Below are positions 29,422-40,500 of a DNA stretch of 64,000 nt, one piece after another. The translations under genes and the position numbers were made by a program. Source of the DNA: an uncultured Rhodospirillaceae bacterium (GTDB lineage Bacteria > Pseudomonadota > Alphaproteobacteria > Micavibrionales > UBA2020); NCBI GenBank assembly GCA_964476835.1, contig CAYZCE010000002.1:100652-164651 (forward strand), in the 5' to 3' direction. Position 1 is the stretch's first letter. Each line of letters begins with the position of its first letter. The notes beneath the pieces are model-generated. The model was not told where the DNA came from and did not search any database. It saw only the letters and a program-made list of their open reading frames with translations.

Positions 29422-30126
29422 ATGAGATTGACGCCGGACATCATCCTCGAGGCCTATCGCGCGGGCCTGTTCCCGATGGCGGCGGCGCGACACGGCGCGG
29501 AGCTCCGCTGGTACGACCCCGATCCGCGCGGCGTGCTGCCCATCGGGGGCATGCATGTGCCGCGTCGGCTGCAGCAGACGATCCGCCGTAAACCCTACAC
29601 CATCACGTTCGACCGCGACTTCGCCGGCGTCATCCGCGGTTGCGCCGAGACGCGCGACGACACTTGGATCAACGACGAGATCATCGCGCTTTATACAGCC
29701 TTGCACGCCCAAGGCCACGCCCATAGCGTCGAGGCATGGCGCGGCGGTGAACTGGTCGGCGGCGTCTACGGCATCGCGATCGGTTCGGCGTTTTTCGGGG
29801 AGAGCATGTTCTCGATCGCGACGGACGCGAGCAAGATCGCCCTCGTCTACCTTGTGGCCAAATTATGGCGGCGCAGCTTCACCTTGTTCGACACGCAGTT
29901 CATCAACCCGCATCTGCTGCAGTTCGGCGCGCACGAAATTGCGCGCAGCGATTATCACCGACGCCTGACGGCGGCGGTTCAGTCTTCGGGGTTGTCGAGC
30001 GTGGGCTGGGGCTTGTCGTCGTCCGCGCCGGCATCGTCGGGCGCGGCGGCGGGCGTCTTCTCGGTCGAGAATTCCTGCGACGGCGAGGTCGCACTGTTCT
30101 TGCAGTCGATCACCCACACATCATAG
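29422..30126 (+). CDS. aat: Leucyl/phenylalanyl-tRNA--protein transferase (234 aa, with an unusual ~48-aa Ser/Gly/Ala-rich C-terminal extension)
   Basis: AYRAGLFPM, WYDPDPRGVLP, GGVYGIAIGSAFFGESMF, FDTQF.NPHL..FGA..I.R..Y. Confidence 0.9.
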   Translation: MRLTPDIILEAYRAGLFPMAAARHGAELRWYDPDPRGVLPIGGMHVPRRLQQTIRRKPYTITFDRDFAGVIRGCAETRDDTWINDEIIALYTALHAQGHAHSVEAWRGGELVGGVYGIAIGSAFFGESMFSIATDASKIALVYLVAKLWRRSFTLFDTQFINPHLLQFGAHEIARSDYHRRLTAAVQSSGLSSVGWGLSSSAPASSGAAAGVFSVENSCDGEVALFLQSITHTS

Positions 30127-30467
30127 ATCGGGTGGTCCATCGCCGACATCGCGGGGTTGGAAGCGAACATCCAGCCGCTAAACACCCAGCGCGATTCCGT
30201 ATCCTGCGACTTGCGTTCCCAGATTTGCAGGAAGGCGGCGCTTTCCGGCTTCTCGGTCGCGGCGGCCTTGCGGCAGGCGCGCGCCTTGATATAGAGGCTG
30301 TCGCCGAACTTCACCGTCTTGTCGACCGGCACTTCGAAGGTGCCGGTGCGCGCCGAGACCTTGTCGATGGTGCGCAAGACGACGACGCCCATGTCATTCA
30401 TCTGCGCCGCGCGCGCCGGCAACGCCAGCACCAGCAGCATCAGGGAGAGAAGGGCGAAACGCGTCAT
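29979..30467 (-). CDS. DUF2155-domain periplasmic protein (162 aa) with an acidic low-complexity C-terminal tail
   Basis: Signal peptide MTRFALLSLMLLVLALPARA, then LRTIDKVSARTGTFEVPVDKTVKFG and AAFLQIW, typical of DUF2155. It sits downstream of mlaD. Confidence 0.7.
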   Translation of the reverse strand: MTRFALLSLMLLVLALPARAAQMNDMGVVVLRTIDKVSARTGTFEVPVDKTVKFGDSLYIKARACRKAAATEKPESAAFLQIWERKSQDTESRWVFSGWMFASNPAMSAMDHPIYDVWVIDCKNSATSPSQEFSTEKTPAAAPDDAGADDDKPQPTLDNPED

Positions 30468-30468
30468 C

Positions 30469-30951
30469 TTACGATTTCTTGCCGGCCGGCTTCTTGCCGT
30501 CATCCTTGTCCTTGGTCAGGCTGAAGATGACTTGACCGAGCAGCTGCTCAAGGCCGGGGGTGGACTGGGTGAACTCGATCTGGTCGCCGGGCGCGAGGAG
30601 CTGATCGTCGGAACCCGGCTCGAGCGACATGAACTTGCCGTCGAGGAGCCCTGCGCTCGCGATCACCGCGGCGGTGTCCTTCGGCAGCTTGACGCCGTCG
30701 TTGATGTTCATGCGCACGATGGCGCGGTAATTGTTGGGGTCGAGCTTGAAGTCGACGACCTGGCCGACCTTGACGCCGCTGACGCGCACCGGCGCGCCGG
30801 CATCGAGGCCGTCGATCTTGCTGAAAGCCGCCGAGATGACGTAACCCGATGTCGGGTGGATGTCGGTCGTGCGGTAGAAGAACAGCAGGAAGCCTGCCGC
30901 CACGAGCAGCACCACGGCGCCAAGGATGGTTTCAACGAGATTCTTCTGCAT
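30469..30951 (-). CDS. mlaD: Outer-membrane lipid asymmetry maintenance protein MlaD (MCE domain, 160 aa)
   Basis: N-terminal TM helix plus MCE domain (F..IDGL..GAPVRVSGVKVGQV, GLLDGKFMSLEPG). Confidence 0.85.
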   Translation of the reverse strand: MQKNLVETILGAVVLLVAAGFLLFFYRTTDIHPTSGYVISAAFSKIDGLDAGAPVRVSGVKVGQVVDFKLDPNNYRAIVRMNINDGVKLPKDTAAVIASAGLLDGKFMSLEPGSDDQLLAPGDQIEFTQSTPGLEQLLGQVIFSLTKDKDDGKKPAGKKS

Positions 30952-30969
30952 AGGAGTACCCTTCTGGTG

Positions 30970-31353
30970 TTATTTCGGCGGCTGCCACGCGACGTAGTCG
31001 CCGGTCGCGGCGGCGCGCAGCTTGCCCTTGAGCGACGGCGGCGCATAAGCCGCGTCGGTGCCGGTCAGGTTGTTCTGGTGCGGCTTGATCCAAGCCTTGC
31101 GGTTCGAATTGACCTCGGCGGGAACATCGTCGGTCTGGCGGTGCAGCCAGCCGTGCCACTCGGCCGGCACCTGCCCGCCCTCGGTCTTGTTGGCGTACAT
31201 CACCCAGCGGCGCTCATGCGTCGTGCCCTTGCGCGGCTTGCCGCGATAGTACTTGTTGCCGGCCGCGTCCGCGCCCACATAGCTGCCCTTGAGCGCCGTG
31301 TGCAGCAGCATCTGGACGGTCGAAAGCGTTCCGAATATGGAAAGTTTAGTCAT
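30970..31353 (-). CDS. NDUFA12-like NADH:ubiquinone oxidoreductase subunit family protein (127 aa)
   Basis: GADAAGNKYY...RRWV.Y......VPAEWHGWLH is the NDUFA12/B17.2 pattern common in alphaproteobacteria. Confidence 0.85.
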   Translation of the reverse strand: MTKLSIFGTLSTVQMLLHTALKGSYVGADAAGNKYYRGKPRKGTTHERRWVMYANKTEGGQVPAEWHGWLHRQTDDVPAEVNSNRKAWIKPHQNNLTGTDAAYAPPSLKGKLRAAATGDYVAWQPPK

Positions 31354-31446
31354 GAGAACCTTTTAGAATCTGGTCACCCAAATATGCGCGCCTGCCTGAA
31401 AAGCGCAACGGTTTTTTGGCTGAATCTGGGATAAATATGGCAAAAA

Positions 31447-32418
<972 letters not shown>

Positions 32419-32461
32419 AGTGTTTCACTTTGCGGGACGGTGGCGTTATACTTGGCCTATC

Positions 32462-32926
32462 ATGCCTGCTTCCACCGAACATTACGATATCAAAATCCTC
32501 AAAGACGGCACGTGGCTATACCAAGGCACGCCGATCGGGCGACATAATCTCGTCAAGCTTTTCGCCAGCGTGCTGCGGCGCGAAGCGGACGGGCGCTTCT
32601 GGCTGGTCACACCGTACGAACGCGGCACCATCGAGGTCGAGGATGCGCCGTTTGCCGCTGTCGAGCTGAAGGCGGAGGATGGCGCGCTGTCGTTCCGCAC
32701 CAATATCGACGACTGGGTGACGGCGGGCAACGAACATCCGCTGCGCGTCGAATTCTCCGACAGCGGCGAACCTTCGCCCTATATCCTCGTGCGCGATGGG
32801 CTGGAAGCACGGCTGACGCGTGCGGTCTACTACGAACTCGTCAAGCTTGCCGTCCCGGATGCCCATCAGCAGAATGTCTTCGGCGTCTGGAGCCGCGACA
32901 CGTTTTTCGCAGTAGGCCGCGCATGA
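32462..32926 (+). CDS. DUF1285-domain protein (154 aa)
   Basis: I..DGTW.YQGTPI.R..LVKLFASVL and the conserved position next to the Nudix/CCA genes. Confidence 0.7.
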   Translation: MPASTEHYDIKILKDGTWLYQGTPIGRHNLVKLFASVLRREADGRFWLVTPYERGTIEVEDAPFAAVELKAEDGALSFRTNIDDWVTAGNEHPLRVEFSDSGEPSPYILVRDGLEARLTRAVYYELVKLAVPDAHQQNVFGVWSRDTFFAVGRA

Positions 32927-33519
32927 CGCTGGAAGCCGACATCCGCCGCAAGCTGGCCGCCTACGCGCCGCAGGAACGCGGCGACCATGCGCTCAATCCC
33001 GACCTGCTGCGCGACGGGCCCTACCGCCGCGCCGCCGTGCTGGTGCCGTTGGTGCGCCGCGCCGAGGGACTCACCGTCCTCTTCACCCAGCGCACCGCAC
33101 ACTTGAAATCGCACGGGGGACAAGTCAGCTTCCCCGGCGGCGGCGCCGACGGCGACGAAACACCCATGGCCACCGCACTGCGCGAGGCAGAGGAAGAGAT
33201 CGGGTTATTGCCGCGCAACGTCACAGTGCTCGGCGCGCTCGACCGCTACCTCACGCGCAGCAGCTATGCGGTGACACCGGTCGTCGGCCTTGTCGATGCG
33301 CCGGAAAAATGGAATCCGCACAGCTTCGAGGTCGAGACGGTTTTTGAAGTGCCTCTCGCCGATATCCTCAAGCCCGGCGCGCTCAAGCCGGAAAATGCGG
33401 AGTTGGAAGGCAAGACGCGCCGCTTCTATGTGCTCAACTGGCACAACTGGCGCATCTGGGGCGCAACGGCAGGCATGCTGCACAACCTTGTGGAAGTGAT
33501 TACCGATGAGCAGCTTTAA
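32923..33519 (+). CDS. Nudix hydrolase, CoA pyrophosphatase type (198 aa)
   Basis: Nudix box GGQVSFPGGGADGDETPMATALREAEEEIGL, preceded by the RAAVLVPL pattern. ATGA overlap with the upstream gene. Confidence 0.8.
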   Translation: MTLEADIRRKLAAYAPQERGDHALNPDLLRDGPYRRAAVLVPLVRRAEGLTVLFTQRTAHLKSHGGQVSFPGGGADGDETPMATALREAEEEIGLLPRNVTVLGALDRYLTRSSYAVTPVVGLVDAPEKWNPHSFEVETVFEVPLADILKPGALKPENAELEGKTRRFYVLNWHNWRIWGATAGMLHNLVEVITDEQL

Positions 33520-34699
33520 TGGCAAGATCAGCCTGCAGGCATGGATGGTGACGCCCGAAACGCGCAAGGTCATGGACGCGCTCGGCAATGCGCGTTTTGT
33601 CGGCGGCTGCGTGCGCGACGCGTTGGCCAACCGCCGCGTGGTGGACATCGACATCGCCACGCCGCTGACGCCGCAGGACGTCATCGCGCGCCTGACCGCG
33701 CATCAGATCAAGTACGCCGAGACCGGCATCAAGCACGGCACCGTCACCGCCATCGTCGACGGACATCCGTTCGAGATCACCACGCTGCGCCGCGACGTCG
33801 AAACCTTCGGCCGCCACGCCGAAGTCGCCTTCACCGACAGCTGGGAAGAAGACGCCAGCCGCCGGGACTTCACCGTCAACGCGATGTCGTGCACGATCGA
33901 CGGCAACGTCTTCGACCCCTTCGGCGGCATCGAGGACCTGCGCCAGGGCCGCATCCGCTTCGTCGGCGACGCTGGCACGCGCATCGCGGAAGACGTATTG
34001 CGCATTTTGCGTTTCTTCCGCTTCACCGCCTATTTCGGGCGCGGGGAGCCGGATGCCGAAGCCCTCGCCGCCTGCACGCAGGCGGCCGCAAAGATCACCA
34101 CCCTCTCGCATGAACGGCTGCGGAAGGAAACGCTCAAGCTGCTTGATTCCGATAACAGTGCCGGCGTATGGGCGCTGATGATAAAATCCGGCGTGGCTGC
34201 GCAATACCTGCCGCACGCAACGGATGTTTCCGCATTGGAAAAACTGGTCGCGCTCGAGATCGCGCATCACAGTCACGGCCCCGACACCGCACTGCGCCGC
34301 CTCGCCGCCCTTGGCGGCGCAGGCGCGACGGACTCTTTGCGCCTCTCCAACGCCGAAGCCGCGCGGCTTGCGACGATGACCGCGGCAGCGCCGGCGCTGG
34401 CAAGCGAAAAAGACATCCGCCGCGCCGTCTACCGCCTCGGCAACGACATGACGCGCAGCCTGATGCTGCTGCACGCCGCACGGCATGGCACGGAATCAAA
34501 TTTCTCGCATCTCTTCGAAATCGCCTCGTCCTTCCGCAGCCCCCGCTTCCCGCTGCAAGGCCAAGACGTGCTCGCCCGCGGCCACGCCCCCGGCCCGGAC
34601 GTCGGCCGCCTGCTGCACGCCGTCGAAGAGTGGTGGATCGCGCAAGACTTCGCGCCCACCCGCGTCGAATGCCTCGACAAGCTCGGCGGCCTTAAATAA
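33506..34699 (+). CDS. cca: CCA-adding tRNA nucleotidyltransferase / poly(A) polymerase family protein (397 aa)
   Basis: VGGCVRDAL......DIDIAT, TLRRD and RDFTVNAM head-domain motifs. Confidence 0.85.
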   Translation: MSSFNGKISLQAWMVTPETRKVMDALGNARFVGGCVRDALANRRVVDIDIATPLTPQDVIARLTAHQIKYAETGIKHGTVTAIVDGHPFEITTLRRDVETFGRHAEVAFTDSWEEDASRRDFTVNAMSCTIDGNVFDPFGGIEDLRQGRIRFVGDAGTRIAEDVLRILRFFRFTAYFGRGEPDAEALAACTQAAAKITTLSHERLRKETLKLLDSDNSAGVWALMIKSGVAAQYLPHATDVSALEKLVALEIAHHSHGPDTALRRLAALGGAGATDSLRLSNAEAARLATMTAAAPALASEKDIRRAVYRLGNDMTRSLMLLHAARHGTESNFSHLFEIASSFRSPRFPLQGQDVLARGHAPGPDVGRLLHAVEEWWIAQDFAPTRVECLDKLGGLK

Positions 34700-35252
34700 G
34701 CGGATATTCTTCCAGCACCTCGTACCGCAGCGGCGGGCTGTCGAGGTGGCTACGAAACAGCGTGACGTTTTCCACGCGGAACGGCGCGGACGCGAACAGG
34801 TTATGCTGCGCGATGAAGACGCCAGCTTCCGCATCTTGTTCTGGCTTCAGTCGCGCCAGCGTCACATGCGGCGTGAATTTGCGATGCTCGAACGGTAGTC
34901 CGTAGGACTCCAATGCGCGGTCGACCTTCGATTTCAATGCATGCAGCGGCGCATTCTCGGCAACGCCCATCCAGAGGTGATGCAACCCATGCCCGCCGGA
35001 GAAATAACCGGCGCCCGTCAACGCAAGGTCGAAAGCCCTCGCGTGCAGGCCTGCCAAGGCCTCATCAAGGTCGCGCAACTGCCCCGCATCCAGCCCGCCG
35101 AGAAACGCGAGCGTAATGTGCAAATCCGCGGGATCGGTGCGCTTCACCGTGTGCGACAAGCCTTCCTGCATCAGCGCCAACTGCGCGCGCAGCGCAGGCG
35201 GCAGCGCCAACCCGACGAAAACCCTGAAATCGCTGCTTTTTCCGGCTGCCAT
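34692..35252 (-). CDS. thpR: RNA 2',3'-cyclic phosphodiesterase (2H phosphoesterase, LigT/ThpR), 186 aa
   Basis: Two H-x-T-x motifs (LHITLAFLG, PHVTLARL). Confidence 0.8.
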   Translation of the reverse strand: MAAGKSSDFRVFVGLALPPALRAQLALMQEGLSHTVKRTDPADLHITLAFLGGLDAGQLRDLDEALAGLHARAFDLALTGAGYFSGGHGLHHLWMGVAENAPLHALKSKVDRALESYGLPFEHRKFTPHVTLARLKPEQDAEAGVFIAQHNLFASAPFRVENVTLFRSHLDSPPLRYEVLEEYPLI

Positions 35253-35341
35253 AATGCGACCCCCGTTTTTATTACCCTTCGCGCCTCTCTGTTATATAAT
35301 GGAAGTATAGGTTTCTCACAACACACCGGAAGGAAAACACC

Positions 35342-36058
35342 ATGTCCGATATGTATCAAAGACCCAACGCCGGCTATGCCGCCTCCCCCGCGGTCGATGC
35401 GGGCCTGCAGGCCTACATGCACGGCATTTACAACAACATGACGCTGGGCCTCGCCATCACCGGCCTCGTCGCTTTCGGCGTCGCCGCGATCCCGGCCCTG
35501 TTCTCCGCCATCTTCGGCACGCCGCTGATGTGGGTCGCGATGCTGGCACCGCTGGCCTTCCTGTGGTTCGGCTTCACGCCCGCGCGCATCGCCAACATGC
35601 CGTCGGACAAGGTGCGCCTGACATTCCTGTTCTTCTCGGCCATCATGGGCGTGTCGATGGCGACGATCTTCGTCGTCTTCACCGGCGCGAGCATCGCGCG
35701 CGTCTTCTTCATCACCGCCGCTACCTTCGCCGCGACCAGCCTCTACGGCTATACGACGAAGCGCGACCTCTCCGGCATGGGCAGCTTTCTGTTCATGGGC
35801 CTGATGGGCATCGTGATCGCGTCGCTGGTCAACCTGTTCCTCGGCTCGGCGATGGTGCAGTTCGTGGTATCGGTGCTCGGCGTGCTGGTCTTCACCGGCC
35901 TGACCGCCTGGGACACCCAGCGCCTGCGCGACATGTACGCCGTCGGCCAGAGCGAGGCCAATGCCAAAATGGCCGTGCTCGGCGCCCTGAGCCTCTACCT
36001 GAACTTCATCAACCTCTTCCAGATGCTGCTCCAGTTCATGGGCCAGCGCCGGAATTAA
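35342..36058 (+). CDS. BAX inhibitor-1 / YccA family membrane protein (238 aa)
   Basis: Seven hydrophobic segments, YGYTTKRDLS and FTGLTAWDTQRL motifs. Confidence 0.85.
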   Translation: MSDMYQRPNAGYAASPAVDAGLQAYMHGIYNNMTLGLAITGLVAFGVAAIPALFSAIFGTPLMWVAMLAPLAFLWFGFTPARIANMPSDKVRLTFLFFSAIMGVSMATIFVVFTGASIARVFFITAATFAATSLYGYTTKRDLSGMGSFLFMGLMGIVIASLVNLFLGSAMVQFVVSVLGVLVFTGLTAWDTQRLRDMYAVGQSEANAKMAVLGALSLYLNFINLFQMLLQFMGQRRN

Positions 36059-36092
36059 CCAGGCCTTTCAACCGCTTAAAATAAGCTTGAAA

Positions 36093-36134
36093 AGAGAACG
36101 AGAGAGAACTATGTTCTCTCTCGTTCTTATTATT
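36093..36134 (+). terminator. Strong intrinsic terminator after the BI-1 gene
   Basis: AGAGAACGAGAGAGAAC-TAT-GTTCTCTCTCGTTCT followed by a T-rich tail: a perfect stem of about 15 bp. Confidence 0.8.
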
Positions 36135-36136
36135 AA

Positions 36137-36212
<76 letters not shown>

Positions 36213-36363
36213 GCCTTCACCATTGTAGAATTTATAAAGTGAGGGCCGCCGCGCCGTAGCTTTAGCGAAGGCGGACTGGTCACGTTGCAAGCATGCTTCG
36301 GCTTGACAAGCCAGCCCAGACATGTGATCGACGGACTTTCCGCACCACCGACTTTCAACTTAC

Positions 36364-37446
36364 TCACTTATCACTCTTCCGCAGTGCATCGAAAAATCCG
36401 ATGCTGCCGTCGGTGTTGCGCGTGAAGGCTTTGCCGAAGGCGTTTTGGAAGATGCTGAAGAAGGCGGACCAGCCGTCTTCCTTCGGAGAGTCTAGGTTTC
36501 CCGCGATCGGGATGCGCAGGGCGAACTGGTCTTTCGGATGGTTCTTGAAGACGGCGATGAAGGCGGCGGCGATGCCGGACCACATGGCGTCGAATATATT
36601 ATCCCGGGAATTGGGCGGCTCCACGGCGACGTTGAGCGCGAGGAACTTGATATATCCCGTCAGGCGTCCGTCGGCGGCGGCCAGCTCGGAGAAAACGCCT
36701 GCTTTGCCGCTGGCGAATTCCACGCCGGCGCTGGCTTGCGTGAAGTCGTTGAAGGCGGGCAGCGCAGCGTCGGTCAGCTTGACGTCGAGGTCGAAGTCGA
36801 GCACGGGCTTGACGATATTCATGCGCCCTTTCGCCTCCAGCCTGCCCTGGCCGATCGACACGCCAGATACTTGCAGGTCCGAGGGGAGCGCCGTTTCACG
36901 ATCCTCGGTGTTGCGCAGGTTGGTCACGCTGCCCTTGATGTCGGCCACATAAATATTCACCGCCGGCTTCGCGACCGGATCGCGGTAGGCAACCTTGCCG
37001 CCCGCGACCGTGATGCGGTTGATGTCGAAGGGGGAGAGCGAATCGACAAAGCCGCCCCAGTCGCTGCCGCGCCCCGTCTGCTGCCGCGCGAAGTTGATGT
37101 CGACATCGTAAAACGCCACTTCGGCGACGATGCGTCCGTGCCAGAGCGCGGGCCATTCGACGGAGAGATCGGTCGTCTTGGCCGCGACGAAAGGTTCGCG
37201 GATCCCGCCCTTGATCTTATAGATGTTGAGGCCGTGAATTTGGTACGCGCCGCGCCAGAGGGCGATATCGATATCCGCAACCGAGCCGCCGTACCCGTTC
37301 AGCCGCGCCAACTGCGCGTTCACGTAGTCTTTCACCCAAAACGGCAGGTACAGCCGCGCCCCGATGAGCGCGATCGCGCACATCGCCGTCAGGGCGATGA
37401 AAGCCTTGGATAACCTTTGTCTGGCAGGGCTTTTTCTGGGCGACAT
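36364..37446 (-). CDS. DUF748-domain (AsmA-like) membrane-anchored protein (360 aa)
   Basis: N-terminal TM helix, then the pattern ...DIALWRGAYQIHGLNIYK...VDINF..., typical of DUF748. Confidence 0.65.
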   Translation of the reverse strand: MSPRKSPARQRLSKAFIALTAMCAIALIGARLYLPFWVKDYVNAQLARLNGYGGSVADIDIALWRGAYQIHGLNIYKIKGGIREPFVAAKTTDLSVEWPALWHGRIVAEVAFYDVDINFARQQTGRGSDWGGFVDSLSPFDINRITVAGGKVAYRDPVAKPAVNIYVADIKGSVTNLRNTEDRETALPSDLQVSGVSIGQGRLEAKGRMNIVKPVLDFDLDVKLTDAALPAFNDFTQASAGVEFASGKAGVFSELAAADGRLTGYIKFLALNVAVEPPNSRDNIFDAMWSGIAAAFIAVFKNHPKDQFALRIPIAGNLDSPKEDGWSAFFSIFQNAFGKAFTRNTDGSIGFFDALRKSDK

Positions 37447-37509
37447 GACTTTTCCTCGGAAGGCTGCGTCATGCCAACGCCCGAGGAGGGTTTATAGTTT
37501 CCAGCGCCT

Positions 37510-40500
37510 TTAGAAATTGCCTGTCACGCGAATGACGCCGGCATGGGCGCTGAAGTCTTCCTTGCGCTCGTAGTCGTAAGCGGCGGAGACCGTCAGGTCA
37601 GCGGCGTCGAGATAGGAAAGCCCCACGCCCGCGTTGACCGTGCCGCGTGCGGGTGACGCGCCTTCGACCGCGAAGGAAGCGCCGCCGCCGGTGAAGCCGG
37701 CGGTCGTCTGCATCCTGTCACCGATCAGGTCGTAGCGGTAGCCGGCGTGCACGGACGGCTGCCAGAGGGTGCCGTCGGACTTGATGTCCCAGCGCGCTGT
37801 CGCGGTGGCGCCCAGCTCGGCCTTGTCGAGGCTCTCGCCCCTGACGGTCAGGCCTGCGCCGCCCGCACCGGTTTCGGTATAGCCCGCCGGTGCGTAGTGC
37901 ATGTAGTCGGCGATGACCGCCGGCGTCAGCACAGCGCCGAAGGCGGCGTCCGTCTTGTACGCACGGCCTGCTTCGGCACGCGCCCAGTACTGGTTGGCAT
38001 GTGTATCGCCATAGGCCGACACGCCCGGCGCGCCGACGTTGCGGCGGGTCGTGCTGATGTCGTTATAGCTATACGCCACAAGGCCGCGCAGGTAGGTCGC
38101 CGCGTCGAAATCCATTTCGCCGTAGAGCGAGGCCTGGTAGCTGTCGATGGTGGAGGACGTCTGGTTGACATTCTTCGCATCCACGTCGGTGTTGCCGTAG
38201 CTGAGCGCAAATCCGGCATAACCGTCCGCGGAACGTCCGCTGTTGTCCGCGCCGATCACCGCGCCGTAGGTGCGCGCGCGGTAGCCGTCGGTCGCGCCGC
38301 CGCCGTCGCTGCGCGCGTCTTGCTTGGCGTATTGGCCGAAGCCCTGCACCCAGGCGCGCTGGCCATGGCTGCCCGAACCCGCCGACAGGCCCGACGCGCC
38401 CGCATCCGCCATCATCACCGGCGCATGCGCGTTGATGAGCTGGAAGGTGCTGTTGGCGACATCGGTGATGCCCGTCAGGATGCCTTCGCCCGTATCCGGC
38501 AGGACGGACGCCAGTGCCGCGTTGACGCCTGCCGCCGTGCCCGCGCCGTTGACCGCGGCTTGCGCCGCCTGCAGGTTTGCATCGTTGGTGGAAAGGCCCA
38601 TCAGCACGTCGCCGGCCGCGGCGTTATTGCGGTTGCTCGCGGTGTCGGCGACGGTATGCGCCTGCGCGACCTCGATGAAGAGGTCGCTGGCATCTGTCGG
38701 CGCCGCGGCCACGGTGCCGTTGAAATACGTGAAGTCCCACAGGTACGAATTGTCCTGGATCGCCGTCGGTGTCGCGCCTGGCCCGCCGGTGATGCTGGCC
38801 GCATCGACGATCTTGAACTGCGCGCCGTCCGTCGGCGCCGTGCTGCCGACCGCGACGGTCAGCGTCGTGTCGGTCAGGTCAAGCGCGCCCGCCGTGACAA
38901 GCGCGCCCGCCGCCGCGCCGGAGACGCCGAAGGTGAAGGTGTTGGTCAGGCTGCCCGTGACCGTGGCGGCGGTCAGCGTGTCGCCCGCGCCGATTTTCGC
39001 AGTGCCGTCATTGGTGAAGACGAAGGCCGCCGCATCATGGCCGTGCGTGTCGAAGGAAATGCCGGCGTCGATCTCGATCGTGCCGACATCGATGTCGCCG
39101 CCCGCCGAGAAGTTCTTGGCGACTTCGACCGTCGAGTAGTTCTGCGTCGGGTCGTCGTCGACGATGTCGCCGGTGACGGCGCCGCCGTTCAGGACAAGAC
39201 GCGCCGTGTCGGTCAGTCCCGTGAAGCTGACCGCCGTGCCGTCCGTGCCGGTAATGGAGCCGCCCGCATTATTGAAGATGACGACCGGGGCCGCCGCGTT
39301 CACGGCAAGGCCGACCACGCCGGCGATCGTGCCATTGTTGACGATGCCGTCCGCGCTGCCGTCGCCGATGGCGGCGCCGTCGACCAGCAGCGCCGTATCG
39401 CCGGCCGAGACGATCCTGCCGTTGTTGATGAGGTTGCCGCCGATCACGCCGCCCGTGCCGATGGATACCTGTCCGTCCAGCAGGCCGTTGTTCGTCAGGT
39501 CGTTGGTGACGGTGCCGCCGGCATGGAGGTCGATGCTGTGCAAGTCGCCGGACATGGTGCCGTCGTTTTCAAGGCTGTCGATGGTGCCGCCGAAAGCCAT
39601 CGACAGGCCGGACAGGCCGCCGAAGATGCTGGCGCCCTTCGCGTTCACCAGCCCGTGGCCGGCGGCGAGCGACGAGCCGCTGGCCAGCACGATGCCCGAG
39701 CCGTTGCCGCCGCTGATCGACCCTTCGTTGATGATGTCGCCCGCGATCGGCGCGCCGACCGAGGTCAGGTTGAGGCCGTTGGTGCCGCCTTCGATGGCGC
39801 CGCTGTTGTGGATGTTGCCCGTGATGGTCGAGCCCGCAGAGACCTGCACGCCGTCGCCCGTGCCGCCGATGATCTGGCCTGCGTTTTCAAGCGGTCCGCC
39901 GAGCGTCGAGGTGTTGGTGATCAGGAGGCCGGTGACGCCGCCTTCGATCGTGCCTTTCTTGGTGTTGGTGAGGCCGTCGCGGACGTTGCCGTTCTCGCCC
40001 ATGCGGATGCCGTTGTCGGCGGTGCCGCCGATGGTGCCGCTGTTGTAGATCATCCCCTTGATGCTGGTGCCGCCGCTCGGGCTGGTCAGGTAAAGGCCGG
40101 TGGCAGAGCCGCTGAGGGTGCCGGAGTTGATGAAGTCGCCGTCGATATAGCCGCTGTTGTTGGTGATGACGGCGCTGCCGGCGGTCGCGGTGATCGTGCC
40201 CTTGTTGTTGACGTCGCCGGTGAAGGTGCTGCCGTTGGTGACGATCAGGCCGGCGGTGGTGCCGGTGATCGCGTCCGTGTTGGAAAGACCGCCCGTCAGG
40301 TCGGAGCCGTTGGTGACCTCGATGCCGCTGCCGGCGGTCGCCGTCACCGTGCCGCCGTTGGAGATGCCGCCTGCCAGCGTGCTGGCGTTGGTGAGCGAGA
40401 TGCCCGCCGTCGCGCCCGTCACCGAACCGGTGTTGGAAATGCCGCCGTTGATGATGCCCGTCCCCGACTCGATTCCGTAGGTGGTGCCGGCGATGGAACC

